Part shown: positions 15,907-25,992 of the stretch, one piece after another
Numbering within the stretch: position 1 is the first letter of the stretch
Layout of the letters: each line of letters starts with the position of its first letter
Assembly (NCBI GenBank): GCA_047651235.1
Contig: CP178758.1
Span: 2,730,001 to 2,762,000 of the forward strand
Direction: 5' to 3'
DNA length: 32,000 bases
Source: Candidatus Electrothrix yaqonensis
GTDB taxonomy: Bacteria > Desulfobacterota > Desulfobulbia > Desulfobulbales > Desulfobulbaceae
Position numbers and translations under genes: made by a program
Notes under the pieces: model-generated
Database searches by the model: none
What the model was told of the DNA's origin: nothing
The model's input: only the letters and a program-made list of their open reading frames with translations

Positions 15907-16949
15907 TTGCGTCTATCGACGGACGGATTGCGGTATTCGATCCCGGTTCCCATAAAACCAAGATTGAAGCCTAAACCGGTTGAAAGCAGGCCGGAACTGC
16001 TGGATTCAGCATACACGATATCCTGATCCTTCAGTTTGATGCTCTCTCCCAGTCCTTCCTGAAGATCATTGAAGCTGAGGCTGATTATTTTTCGCTTCCC
16101 GTCTCCTGTGTAACGGATCAGTTTGATTTTATCATTGTCAGCATAGGCTGTCAGGCCGCCAGCAAGGACAATGGCTTCTGTAATGGTCATTTCGCCTTTA
16201 ACAGGATATGTTCCTGGGGTTCTGACCGCTCCATCAACAAAGCATTTTCCTGCCTCCGGAATAAACAGAACGTCTCCTCCGGAGAGAGCAACATTGTAGT
16301 CCATATCACCGCGTTTGATTAATGAATCAAGATCAATGATATAATTTTTCTGCTTCCCGTTTTTTTTATCACGACGGGTCAGGTAGGCTATAGAAGCAGC
16401 GTCTTCGGTCACTCCCTGAGCAACGGCAATGACATCAAGCAGGCGTCGTCCGGCAACATAATCATAATTCCCCGGTTCATTAAAAGCACCGACAAGGGTG
16501 ATCCGGTCGCTTACTTTTTCTTTTATAAAGACAGAAACATGAGGATCCTGGAGATAGTTTTCCCGCAGCAGCTGCTCAATTTTTTCTTCCGCTTCAGCAG
16601 GTGTAAGGTTGAACACGTCCACCTGATCCAACATAGGGAGACTGATATATCCGCGTGAGCTGACGCGGGTTTCTGTGTTTAATTCTTCCGATTCAAGAAC
16701 ATTGACAGTAAGGAGATCTCCCGGTCCCAGCACGGATTCAGCTTCATCAGGCGGGAGTGTAAGCACTGAATCAAACATATCCTGCTGCACAGTTCTGTCT
16801 GCAAGCGGATCCTCCTGAATTTCCAGCTCGTTGAATTCTTCTATCTCTGTATTGCTTGTAAAACGTTCACTTGCACATCCGCTGAGAAACAGAGACAGCG
16901 TCAGGACGAACAGAAAAAAAAGGTGCGGTGAAAAATATTTTTTGTCCAT
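15903..16949 (-). CDS. Outer-membrane polysaccharide export lipoprotein (Wza-like; Poly_export + SLBB domains)
   Basis: ORF 15903..16997. The preferred ATG at 16949 gives the lipoprotein signal MDKKYFSPHLFFLFVLTLSLFLSGC. LGPGDLLTVNVLESEELNTETRVSSRGYISLPMLDQVDVFNLTPAEAEEKIEQLL matches the Poly_export pattern. Two SLBB-like repeats follow (GDVLFIP..., DQDIVYA...). Confidence 0.85.
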   Translation of the reverse strand: MDKKYFSPHLFFLFVLTLSLFLSGCASERFTSNTEIEEFNELEIQEDPLADRTVQQDMFDSVLTLPPDEAESVLGPGDLLTVNVLESEELNTETRVSSRGYISLPMLDQVDVFNLTPAEAEEKIEQLLRENYLQDPHVSVFIKEKVSDRITLVGAFNEPGNYDYVAGRRLLDVIAVAQGVTEDAASIAYLTRRDKKNGKQKNYIIDLDSLIKRGDMDYNVALSGGDVLFIPEAGKCFVDGAVRTPGTYPVKGEMTITEAIVLAGGLTAYADNDKIKLIRYTGDGKRKIISLSFNDLQEGLGESIKLKDQDIVYAESSSSGLLSTGLGFNLGFMGTGIEYRNPSVDRRK

Positions 16950-16994
16950 TTTTGTTCGGATAATCTGAAAAGGAGGTGTGCGGAAAAAGGATTG

Positions 16995-17035
16995 CATCAG
17001 GAGGAGAACCGGTATAAGAATGTTTCCTCCTGATG
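16995..17035 (-). terminator. 10-bp-stem hairpin between the FecR-like paralog and the Wza-like gene (terminator/attenuator candidate)
   Basis: CATCAGGAGG (16995-17004) pairs with CCTCCTGATG (17026-17035) across a 21-nt loop. On the minus strand it is followed by CAATCCTTTTTCC, so the T5 run starts 6 nt after the stem. Confidence 0.3.
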
Positions 17036-17053
17036 AGCTGTCGGGCTGTCAAA

Positions 17054-17791
17054 TTATCTGCTTGCACTGGCATCGTCGTCGTCATCATCGCCGAGAAGAT
17101 CAGCACCGGCAAATTCCGCAACACCGATAGCTGCACTCGCTCCTACCACAGCAACTGCAGTATGAAACGGAGCGTTTTCAATCGATAATAGTTTGCAGCC
17201 GTTATCTGCTTCTGCAGCACGTTCCGTCGAACTCTCCATCGGTTCTGCTGCTGACGGGTCCATTGCCTGAGCCAGAACAATATGGTTGTTGCCGTCAACA
17301 GTTGCAGGTCCGTCCACTGTATTAAAGATCATGCGGCCTTCATAGACACCGACCTGAGTACTGCCGTTTTCCTCAACCTGCATATAACCGCGAACCGGAG
17401 AATGGGTACCTGCATTGAAAATAAGATTTGCAACAGTGTATTGTCCGTCAGGTGTATAAAATCCCATTTTGCCTACTGTATCATTGATAACAAAATCGAC
17501 CTTTCCCTGCCTGAGGAGCAGATTGAACTGCTCCTGATCGGTTTTGACGGACAGTTCGGCTCCGTCCGTACCGATCAGAGAAATACCTGTGGATTTCAGC
17601 ATACATTGACCGTCACAGATCAGCAACGCTTCTTCTTCAACAGGATTTCGCCCTGTAAACTTGGTTGCCAGCTTCCCATTTTTGTAGACCGAAATATTAC
17701 CCTGAGCAACTATGGGCATACTTTGGGCACCTGCTGCAGCAGCTGTCAGTAATGCCACCATAATTCCGGTCGCTATAATTTTTATCTTCAT
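17054..17791 (-). CDS. Secreted FecR-like beta-domain protein, paralog 1 (245 aa)
   Basis: ORF 17054..17848. ATG 17791 is preceded by AAGGAGG and gives the signal peptide MKIKIIATGIMVALLTAAAAGAQS. The core (GNISVYKNGKLATKF...EALLICDGQCMLKSTGISLIGTDGAELSV...) resembles FecR-type sensor domains. C-terminus is hydrophobic stretch + DDDDDDASASR. Confidence 0.7.
   Translation of the reverse strand: MKIKIIATGIMVALLTAAAAGAQSMPIVAQGNISVYKNGKLATKFTGRNPVEEEALLICDGQCMLKSTGISLIGTDGAELSVKTDQEQFNLLLRQGKVDFVINDTVGKMGFYTPDGQYTVANLIFNAGTHSPVRGYMQVEENGSTQVGVYEGRMIFNTVDGPATVDGNNHIVLAQAMDPSAAEPMESSTERAAEADNGCKLLSIENAPFHTAVAVVGASAAIGVAEFAGADLLGDDDDDDASASR
17266..17755. repeat. Copy 1 of a 490-bp near-identical segment (tandem gene duplication, period 949 bp)
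   Basis: Hand alignment to 18215..18704 at constant offset 949 finds 4 mismatches in 490 nt. Start codons (17791/18740) and stop codons (17054/18003) are at the same offset. Confidence 0.9.
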
Positions 17792-18002
17792 CTGGGCCTC
17801 CTTTTTGTGTGATTTCAGGCGACGACTTACTTTCAAAAGAAACATCATTGTTTCGGACTCAACTGCGCACTATACCAAACCAAACACCACTATAGTTCAG
17901 GTTTATTCTGAACAGCAGTGATTGGAGCAGCTTTTTCGATCTATTTCATCTCTTAAATATGGATTGTTTTGGCAAGATAACCTCCTGATGAGCTGGCATA
18001 AA

Positions 18003-18740
18003 TTATCTGCTCGCACTGGCATCGTCGTCGTCATCAATAAAGCTGCCATCTTTTGTATAATCGTAAACGCCGACAGCAAGCCCTGCTGCTACAAGACCTC
18101 CACCAATAAGAGCTGCAGAAGACATGGCACCGCCTGTTCCTGCAGCAGCCTCCGCAGAAGCACTAGGCAGAGTTGCACCTTCTGAAGGAGGAGTATCAGG
18201 TAAATCTAAATTTCCCTGAGCCAGAACAATATGGTTGTTGCCGTCAACAGTTGCAGGTCCGTCCACTGTATTAAAGATCATGCGGCCTTCATAGACACCG
18301 ACCTGAGTACTGCCGTTTTCCTCAACCTGCATATAACCGCGAACCGGAGAATGGGTACCTGCATTGAAAATAAGATCTGCAACAGTGTATTGTCCGTCAG
18401 GTGTATAAAATCCCATTTTGCCTACTGTATCATTGATAACAAAATCGACCTTTCCCTGCCTGAGGAGCAGATTGAACTGCTCCTGATCGGTTTTGACGGA
18501 CAGTTCGGCTCCGTCCGTACCGATCAGAGAAATACCTGTGGATTTCAGCATACATTGACCGTCACAGATCAGCAACGCTTCTTCTTCGACAGGATTCCGC
18601 CCTGTAAACTTGGTTGCCAGCTTCCCATTTTTGTAGACCGAAATATTGCCCTGAGCAACTATGGGCATACTTTGGGCACCTGCTGCAGCAGCTGTCAGTA
18701 ATGCTGCCATGATTCCGACGGTCATGAATTTTTTCTTCAT
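18003..18740 (-). CDS. Secreted FecR-like beta-domain protein, paralog 2 (245 aa)
   Basis: ORF 18003..18773. ATG 18740 is preceded by AAGGAG and gives the signal peptide MKKKFMTVGIMAALLTAAAAGAQS. The core is the same as paralog 1. The C-terminal part is different (…LIGGGLVAAGLAVGVYDYTKDGSFI) and ends in DDDDDASASR. Confidence 0.7.
   Translation of the reverse strand: MKKKFMTVGIMAALLTAAAAGAQSMPIVAQGNISVYKNGKLATKFTGRNPVEEEALLICDGQCMLKSTGISLIGTDGAELSVKTDQEQFNLLLRQGKVDFVINDTVGKMGFYTPDGQYTVADLIFNAGTHSPVRGYMQVEENGSTQVGVYEGRMIFNTVDGPATVDGNNHIVLAQGNLDLPDTPPSEGATLPSASAEAAAGTGGAMSSAALIGGGLVAAGLAVGVYDYTKDGSFIDDDDDASASR
18215..18704. repeat. Copy 2 of the 490-bp near-identical segment
   Basis: See copy 1. 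The four mismatches are P1 versus P2: ataagatTtg/ataagatCtg, cttcAa/cttcGa, caggattTcg/caggattCcg and aatattAc/aatattGc. Confidence 0.9.
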
Positions 18741-19017
18741 TTGCGACTCCTTTTTTCGTTTGTTTGCAGGCAACTGGCCTATCTTGCCTACCTTAATGTG
18801 CAGGATAAACTATATAGTCATTGTAGCGTAGTCAACTACCGTATACAAGAGAAAAATGCAGCCCTCTACCAATCCTGATCCGGCTGCTTCATGGACAATA
18901 TCACGGACTTTTTCTGGAACAATCATCACACGGGACGCGACAGTTAACGGGATTATTGTGCAGAGAGAAGTACGATATATTTTTCCTCTGATTATAGAAG
19001 CATACTTTTCAGCAGGG

Positions 19018-19707
19018 TTAGTCTGCCATTAGAAATGATTGGTATATTTTGAATGCTTCAAGTTTGGTTTGCGGAGGCAATCTATGGAACGCAGCCCATG
19101 CCTCTGATATGCTGTCGGAATAGCCTTGTTCCATAAAACGTTTTCCATGCTGACTTGAATGCATGTTTATTGCTTCGATTTTTTTTTGGAATCCCTCTTC
19201 TGAAATTTCAACATAAAAGTTGGGGGCAAATTCGTTAGGAACAGTTGACGGAGCCTGGTACAGTAAAATATCTCCGTGAAAATCCCGCGCAGCAGATAGA
19301 GTTGCGTAAAATACTTGCCTGTGGTCATCGTGCAGGTCACCGGAAGCATGAGTGAGGATTAAATCCGGTTTAATTTCTTTGATCCATTGTTCAATAACTT
19401 CTATTAATTTATGTACGTTTTTGTGCAGTTCGCAGTCCCTGAGATAAGCAAAACGAATATAATCTTTTGATTCAGACAGTTCGAGTTCGAGCAAAGTACA
19501 GGCAGCTTTTTTTGCTTCATCCGCACGTGTATTAATGAGTGGATCCGGGGAGTATGGTTGACCATACGTCATAATTCCAAAATAGATTTCTGCCCTGACT
19601 TCTCTTCTTAGTTTCGCCAGAAAGCCGCCGGCCCCAATTTCTATATCATCAGGGTGCGCCCCCAGAGCGAGTACTTTCAGTTCATTGGGATAGCTTGCTA
19701 TAAACAT
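19018..19707 (-). CDS. PIG-L/LmbE-family N-acetylglucosaminyl deacetylase
   Basis: 229 aa. VLALGAHPDDIEIGAGG and HASGDLHDDH are the family zinc-site motifs. A GGAG Shine-Dalgarno lies upstream of the ATG at 19707. Confidence 0.8.
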   Translation of the reverse strand: MFIASYPNELKVLALGAHPDDIEIGAGGFLAKLRREVRAEIYFGIMTYGQPYSPDPLINTRADEAKKAACTLLELELSESKDYIRFAYLRDCELHKNVHKLIEVIEQWIKEIKPDLILTHASGDLHDDHRQVFYATLSAARDFHGDILLYQAPSTVPNEFAPNFYVEISEEGFQKKIEAINMHSSQHGKRFMEQGYSDSISEAWAAFHRLPPQTKLEAFKIYQSFLMAD

Positions 19708-19912
19708 GTTTACTCCAAAATACGCATTGTGCAGTCCAAGTTGCCACCTGTAGTACAGCGGTCTGCATACGGACTGCTCTTATGCTGCCGTATGCGTATA
19801 GCGTTCTGCACACAACAGAAAAAGATAACTACCTTTTTTCGGTCTGAAAGTCAAGTCTATAAGCAGTGCGTAATCCAGATAGATTACAGGACAAGGAGAG
19901 AGGTGTGAAAAG

Positions 19913-19927
19913 CTCGGTCGCACCGAG
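19913..19927 (-). terminator. Small hairpin + T run downstream of acs (minus-strand orientation)
   Basis: CTCGGT (19913-19918), CGC, ACCGAG (19922-19927). On the minus strand it is followed by CTTTTC. Confidence 0.3.
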
Positions 19928-19964
19928 GAAAAACATCTGCAGCAGATTGAAGCGATATATCAAG

Positions 19965-20003
19965 AAGCCCAAGGGAAAGAGCACCTCTCCCCCGGGCTTT
20001 TTT
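19965..20003. terminator. Intrinsic-terminator-like hairpin 13 nt beyond the acs stop; canonical T6 tract on the PLUS strand
   Basis: AAGCCC (19965-19970) pairs with GGGCTT (19994-19999), with inner GGG/CCC pairs. T6 on the plus strand at 19998-20003. The minus-strand version is preceded by A6 and followed only by CTTCTTG, so it may be bidirectional. Confidence 0.45.
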
Positions 20004-20015
20004 ACTTGGAGATGA

Positions 20016-21998
<1,983 letters not shown>

Positions 21999-22227
21999 GA
22001 GACTTTCTCCTTAGAAAAGCAGTCGGTTGATTATACAGGTGCGTAAAATATACATATAACCTCCTATGGTGTCATTTTAGGAGGAATTAGTCAACTGTTT
22101 TACAGTGTCCGGTAGTCAACCTGTATTTTTTCTGAAAAGAAAGGAACCTCTATTTCGATTTATCTTGTTGTTTTGTCGATATTATATAAAATTATGGGCA
22201 TGCACATCAGAGCCATTCCGTCTCTCC

Positions 22228-23937
22228 TCATCCTTTCTGCCGGATTGCTGAAAACCGTTCCTCAGCTTCATTGGTGCCGATCAGCACAAGCCGGTCATCC
22301 TGCCAGAATTCCGTTTCCGGAGCCGGGTTGATAATCTGGTCTTCACCGCGTTGAAGGGCAAGGACGGTACAGCCGCTCTGTTCCCGAATTCCGCTCTGAG
22401 CAAGCGTTTTGCCGACCAGAGATGCAGGCATGGATATGCTCGAAATATTCAGACCTTCGCTGAACATGGAAAATTCATTTGGCCGGAGAAGATTGAGAAT
22501 CGAGTTGGCCCCGAGAGAAGCAACAGACATCACCAGATCAGCACCTGCCCTGTAGAGTCTGGAAACCGTTCGTTCCGCCACAGCCCTGCTGATGATTTCA
22601 ACCTTCGGACGCAGCTTGCGGCAGTAAAAGGCCAAGTAGATGTTCACGGCATCATCCCGGGTGGTGATCAGGACGGTTTTTGCCTGCTCAATGCCTGCTC
22701 TGCGCAGCACGTTAATATCAGCGGCATCTCCCTGCAGGCATTTTCTCCTGTTCTTCCGGCCAACCTCCTCGGCAACAGCGGCATCTTTTTCCACAATAAT
22801 ATATTGCAGTCCATGCTCTTCCAGGGTATCTGCCGCAGCCCTGCCCACCCTGCCGCCGCCCAGAATCAGCACCGGCACGTCATCTGCAGCAGACGGAACA
22901 GGCTGAAACAGGCTGTCATATATTCTGAACTGTTCCTCCGAGCCTGCCAGGACCAGCACCATAGACGCTGTGATCACTGTCTCCGCTTGCGGGGGGATAA
23001 ATTTTCCCCGGTTCCACAGACCGACAACCGACAGGCCGCTCTTTTCTTTAATTCCGGTCCGGCGCAATGTCTGCCCTTCAAAGGCGGTCCCCACAGCAGG
23101 AAACTCGGCCACCAGCAAACCGTTCAGGTTTCCCAGCACACCGGCCCCCAGGCTGACCGCGTTGATTCTGCCAGCAAGCCCCTGTCCCAGCATTCTGGTG
23201 AATTCAAACACCTTGGTATTGCCGGAGAATTCGAGAATATCAACGGAATGCACATTGTCCGCATCCGTGGCAATAGGCACCCTGTCGGTCAGTTCTCGCA
23301 CCGTGAAGCAGATGGAGGTGTTGGTCAGATCATCATTGGTGGCCAAGACAAGAGCCGCCTGATGCAGACGGACCCGCTCATAAGTTGCCGGATCATCATA
23401 CTCTCCTGCTGCAACCGTGTATCCGGCCTGGTGGAGTTCCTGGGCCCTGTTCAGATCAGGCTCGATCAGCACATACTGATACCCGTAGCGCTGCAGTTTT
23501 CTGATCAGACTTGTGGTTATCTCATCAAGACTGGTCATGATGATATGCTCTGATGTGTTTTCCGGCAGCTCCCTGGGGGTTTGAGCTTTCTGCTGCGCTT
23601 CCAGCCAAGGCTGGTAAAAAAACTGGACAAAGGTGAAGGGGAGCAGAATCAGAAGAAAAATGACCCCGGAGAGCAGAACAATCAGGGTGAAAAAGAGACC
23701 GAGATCGGTATGAAAGGTAATGTCACCGAAACCGAGAGTGGACATCACCGTGAGTGACCAGTAGAATCCGGTTATCCAGCTGTAATTTCTTCCCTCATAG
23801 AGCATGAGGAGGTGAAACAGAACGCTGTACAGAGAGACAAGGGCAGAAAGAAAGGCGACAAATTTGGCCAGGACAATGAAATTTCTTTTTGTGGTCTTGT
23901 TGTGCAGAAAATAAATGAAAACAGGAAGGGATTTCAT
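22228..23937 (-). CDS. Two-TM potassium channel with tandem RCK (TrkA-N/TrkA-C) domains
   Basis: 569 aa. Pore/selectivity filter TVMSTLGFGDITF flanked by two TM helices. Second RCK Rossmann motif VLILGGGRVGRAAA. TrkA-C-like segments (…LVGKTLAQSGIREQSGCTVLALQRG…). Confidence 0.85.
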   Translation of the reverse strand: MKSLPVFIYFLHNKTTKRNFIVLAKFVAFLSALVSLYSVLFHLLMLYEGRNYSWITGFYWSLTVMSTLGFGDITFHTDLGLFFTLIVLLSGVIFLLILLPFTFVQFFYQPWLEAQQKAQTPRELPENTSEHIIMTSLDEITTSLIRKLQRYGYQYVLIEPDLNRAQELHQAGYTVAAGEYDDPATYERVRLHQAALVLATNDDLTNTSICFTVRELTDRVPIATDADNVHSVDILEFSGNTKVFEFTRMLGQGLAGRINAVSLGAGVLGNLNGLLVAEFPAVGTAFEGQTLRRTGIKEKSGLSVVGLWNRGKFIPPQAETVITASMVLVLAGSEEQFRIYDSLFQPVPSAADDVPVLILGGGRVGRAAADTLEEHGLQYIIVEKDAAVAEEVGRKNRRKCLQGDAADINVLRRAGIEQAKTVLITTRDDAVNIYLAFYCRKLRPKVEIISRAVAERTVSRLYRAGADLVMSVASLGANSILNLLRPNEFSMFSEGLNISSISMPASLVGKTLAQSGIREQSGCTVLALQRGEDQIINPAPETEFWQDDRLVLIGTNEAEERFSAIRQKG

Positions 23938-24118
23938 ATTGCGCCGGTTACGGAGATGCGTGTATTGCGTGTATTGAACTCTGCCTTCTTTTCCCTCTGG
24001 CAGTCCTGCAACGAGATGATCTTTTTCCTTTTTTACGCATACTTAGGAGGGGTTCTGTCCGGAAAGCAGAATAGGGGGAATAATTTCAGCAACGAGAGAA
24101 AAGGGGAAGGGGGCAGGT

Positions 24119-24463
24119 TTACAGCTCCTGCAGCCTACGGATCAATTCATCGACATCCTGCATACTGTTCAGCTCCGCCTGCCCGACCACCTCCTGCAAC
24201 GCGCCGTTTTCCTGCTCTTGCAGGATGACCGGATAGCCTGTCTGCATCGGATACTTTTCTTCAAATTCATCCTTATGGAGAAATTCGAGTTCGTGTCCGC
24301 TGGCTTCTCTGAATTCCTTCCATCCCTCTTTTTCCTTCAGCAGGCCGTGGGTCATCTGGCAGAGGTTGCAGGAATAGGTCTGGGGACTGAGCAGTTTATG
24401 CCCGATATCCAGCATAGTGTTTATTTTTCCGCTGTCGGCATTGTAGACAAAGATCAGTTTCAT
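24119..24463 (-). CDS. Small conserved hypothetical protein (114 aa)
   Basis: MKLIFVYNADSGKINTMLDIGHKLLSPQTYSCNLCQMTHG...FLHKDEFEEKY. I recall similar small proteins in other bacteria but cannot name a family. The coding call rests on length, composition and the single clean frame. Confidence 0.55.
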   Translation of the reverse strand: MKLIFVYNADSGKINTMLDIGHKLLSPQTYSCNLCQMTHGLLKEKEGWKEFREASGHELEFLHKDEFEEKYPMQTGYPVILQEQENGALQEVVGQAELNSMQDVDELIRRLQEL

Positions 24464-24669
24464 GTTCCCGTATTGGTTATTGGTGGCCTTTGTTCAGGGA
24501 TGACCGTCATCGTGGGCAGGGGCTGACGGATTGCAGCGATGAAATGACATCTGCTTTTGGTAGTGAGCTGCTGCAGCAGAAAAATTGTTGGGGGCTAACG
24601 CTGGAGTTAAGCCGCAGCGCGTAGCACCGCAGGAATCAAATGTTGGGCCGGTACGGTCAACTCGGCATT

Positions 24670-24702
24670 CCAAAGGCGTGGCCCGAAGGGGCGCGCCTTT
24701 GG
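24670..24702 (-). other. GC-rich nested hairpin capped by a UUCG loop (on the minus-strand RNA) in a 479-bp non-coding gap
   Basis: CCAAAGGCG (24670-24678) pairs with CGCCTTTGG (24694-24702). The minus-strand inner part reads CGCCCCUUCGGGCCA, with C(UUCG)G closing pairs. No adjacent T tract on either strand, so it is not a classical terminator. Confidence 0.35.
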
Positions 24703-24942
24703 AACCATTAGGTTATCAAAGAATCAGTCCTCATAGCTGCCGAAAACTGACATTCTCAGGAAAAATATCCGATGTGCTATTTATCAGTACATTTTCCCAG
24801 ATAACTTGAATTAGTTCCATCTTTAACGCATCTTTCAGATATGTCAAGAGAAATACAAGACGAATGAAATACAGAAATTTTTTCACCACCCGATCCAGCG
24901 CATCGATCAGGGCAAAGGGCGGATGGGCGGAGAAAAGCCCGG

Positions 24943-25992
24943 TTATAAAAAAAGACCTGCATATATCCGCAGCAACCCGTTTCCCTTGCCCTCAGCCCGG
25001 CGCCTGCGCATGATGGAAGCAACCACTGACTTCTCGGCATCCCGCAGGCGGAAAGCAAATTCTGCTGTTGTCAGCACATCATGGCAACGCAATTCGTAAT
25101 ATTTCTTCCGCATTTTTTTCCATCCTGCCAGAGCCTGCCGCATTCCCTGAAAATAGGCGGGGAACTGCCGCTTTTTCAGGGCAAACAGAAACCAGAAGAA
25201 CTGGTAGATGCAGATTATCGGCAGGAAACGGATAAACAACGAGGCCGGATAATTTTTCAGCAGCACATAAATGGAATTCCGGGTGGAGAGCGTGACCGTA
25301 AAGGGATTGATCTTGGAGCCGCTGGTTGCACTGCCGATATGGTACACCTGCGCAGCAGGCACGTAATATCCCCTGCTGCCGGATCGGTTGATCCGCAGAT
25401 TCAGATCCACATCTTCCAGATAGGCGAAGAAATCCTCGTCAAACAGACCGATCCGGTCAAACAAGGAACGCCGGTACAGCGCCGCCCCGGCGCAGGCCCC
25501 GAAAACCGGGCCGGGCCGGTTATACACCGCGCTGTCCTGTTCCATCGTGCCGAGCCGATAGCCTGCCCCGCCGCGCAGATATCCGTCACCGGCACCGTCG
25601 AGCACAATGCGGTTGTGGAAACTCAGCATTTTGGGAGCGAAAAAATCATACTCCGGTAGCTTTTCCGCTGCAGTCAGCAGATGCTGCAGACAGTCCGGCG
25701 GCAGCTCGGTGTCGTTGTTGAGAAGAAAAACATAGGGCGCGCTGCTGCTGCGGATGCCCGCATTCACGGCAGCGCTGAAGCCCCGGTTTTCCGGCAGGGC
25801 AATCAGCTGCATCTGCGGATGCTCCTGCCGCAGATATTCTCTTGAGCCGTCATCAGAGCCGTTATCCACAACCGTAATCTGCAGGGAGGAATATGTCTGC
25901 CGCGCTATTGAAGTCAGACAGGTGGGCAAAAAACGCAGACCGTTCCAGTTGGGAATAATAAGATTAACTGCAGCTTCCTGATCACTGGCCAT
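24943..25992 (-). CDS. Family-2 glycosyltransferase (GT2, rhamnosyl/galactosyl-transferase-like)
   Basis: 349 aa. NLIIPNWNGLRFLPTCLTSIARQTY, ITVVDNGSDDGS and VFLLNNDTEL are the GT-A fold motifs. The start shares one nt with the upstream stop (TAATG at 25990-25994). Confidence 0.8.
   Translation of the reverse strand: MASDQEAAVNLIIPNWNGLRFLPTCLTSIARQTYSSLQITVVDNGSDDGSREYLRQEHPQMQLIALPENRGFSAAVNAGIRSSSAPYVFLLNNDTELPPDCLQHLLTAAEKLPEYDFFAPKMLSFHNRIVLDGAGDGYLRGGAGYRLGTMEQDSAVYNRPGPVFGACAGAALYRRSLFDRIGLFDEDFFAYLEDVDLNLRINRSGSRGYYVPAAQVYHIGSATSGSKINPFTVTLSTRNSIYVLLKNYPASLFIRFLPIICIYQFFWFLFALKKRQFPAYFQGMRQALAGWKKMRKKYYELRCHDVLTTAEFAFRLRDAEKSVVASIMRRRRAEGKGNGLLRIYAGLFL

Noticed and set aside
17028-17042. 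CUGAUGAG (hammerhead ribozyme core motif) in the conserved 3' flank of both FecR-like paralogs (also 17984-17991)
   Set aside because: There is no adjacent stem II hairpin, no GAAA element and no cleavage-site helix. In copy 1 the motif is simply one arm of the 10-bp hairpin 16995-17035.
23957-23976. Tandem 9-mer TGCGTGTAT x2 upstream of the K+ channel gene
   Set aside because: Only two copies are present, with no further periodicity. That is too little to call a repeat array or operator.
24821-24848. Minus-strand TTGACA-N16-TAAAGA as a promoter feature
   Set aside because: The -10 lacks the conserved final T. It is kept only as a remark inside the non-coding-gap finding.
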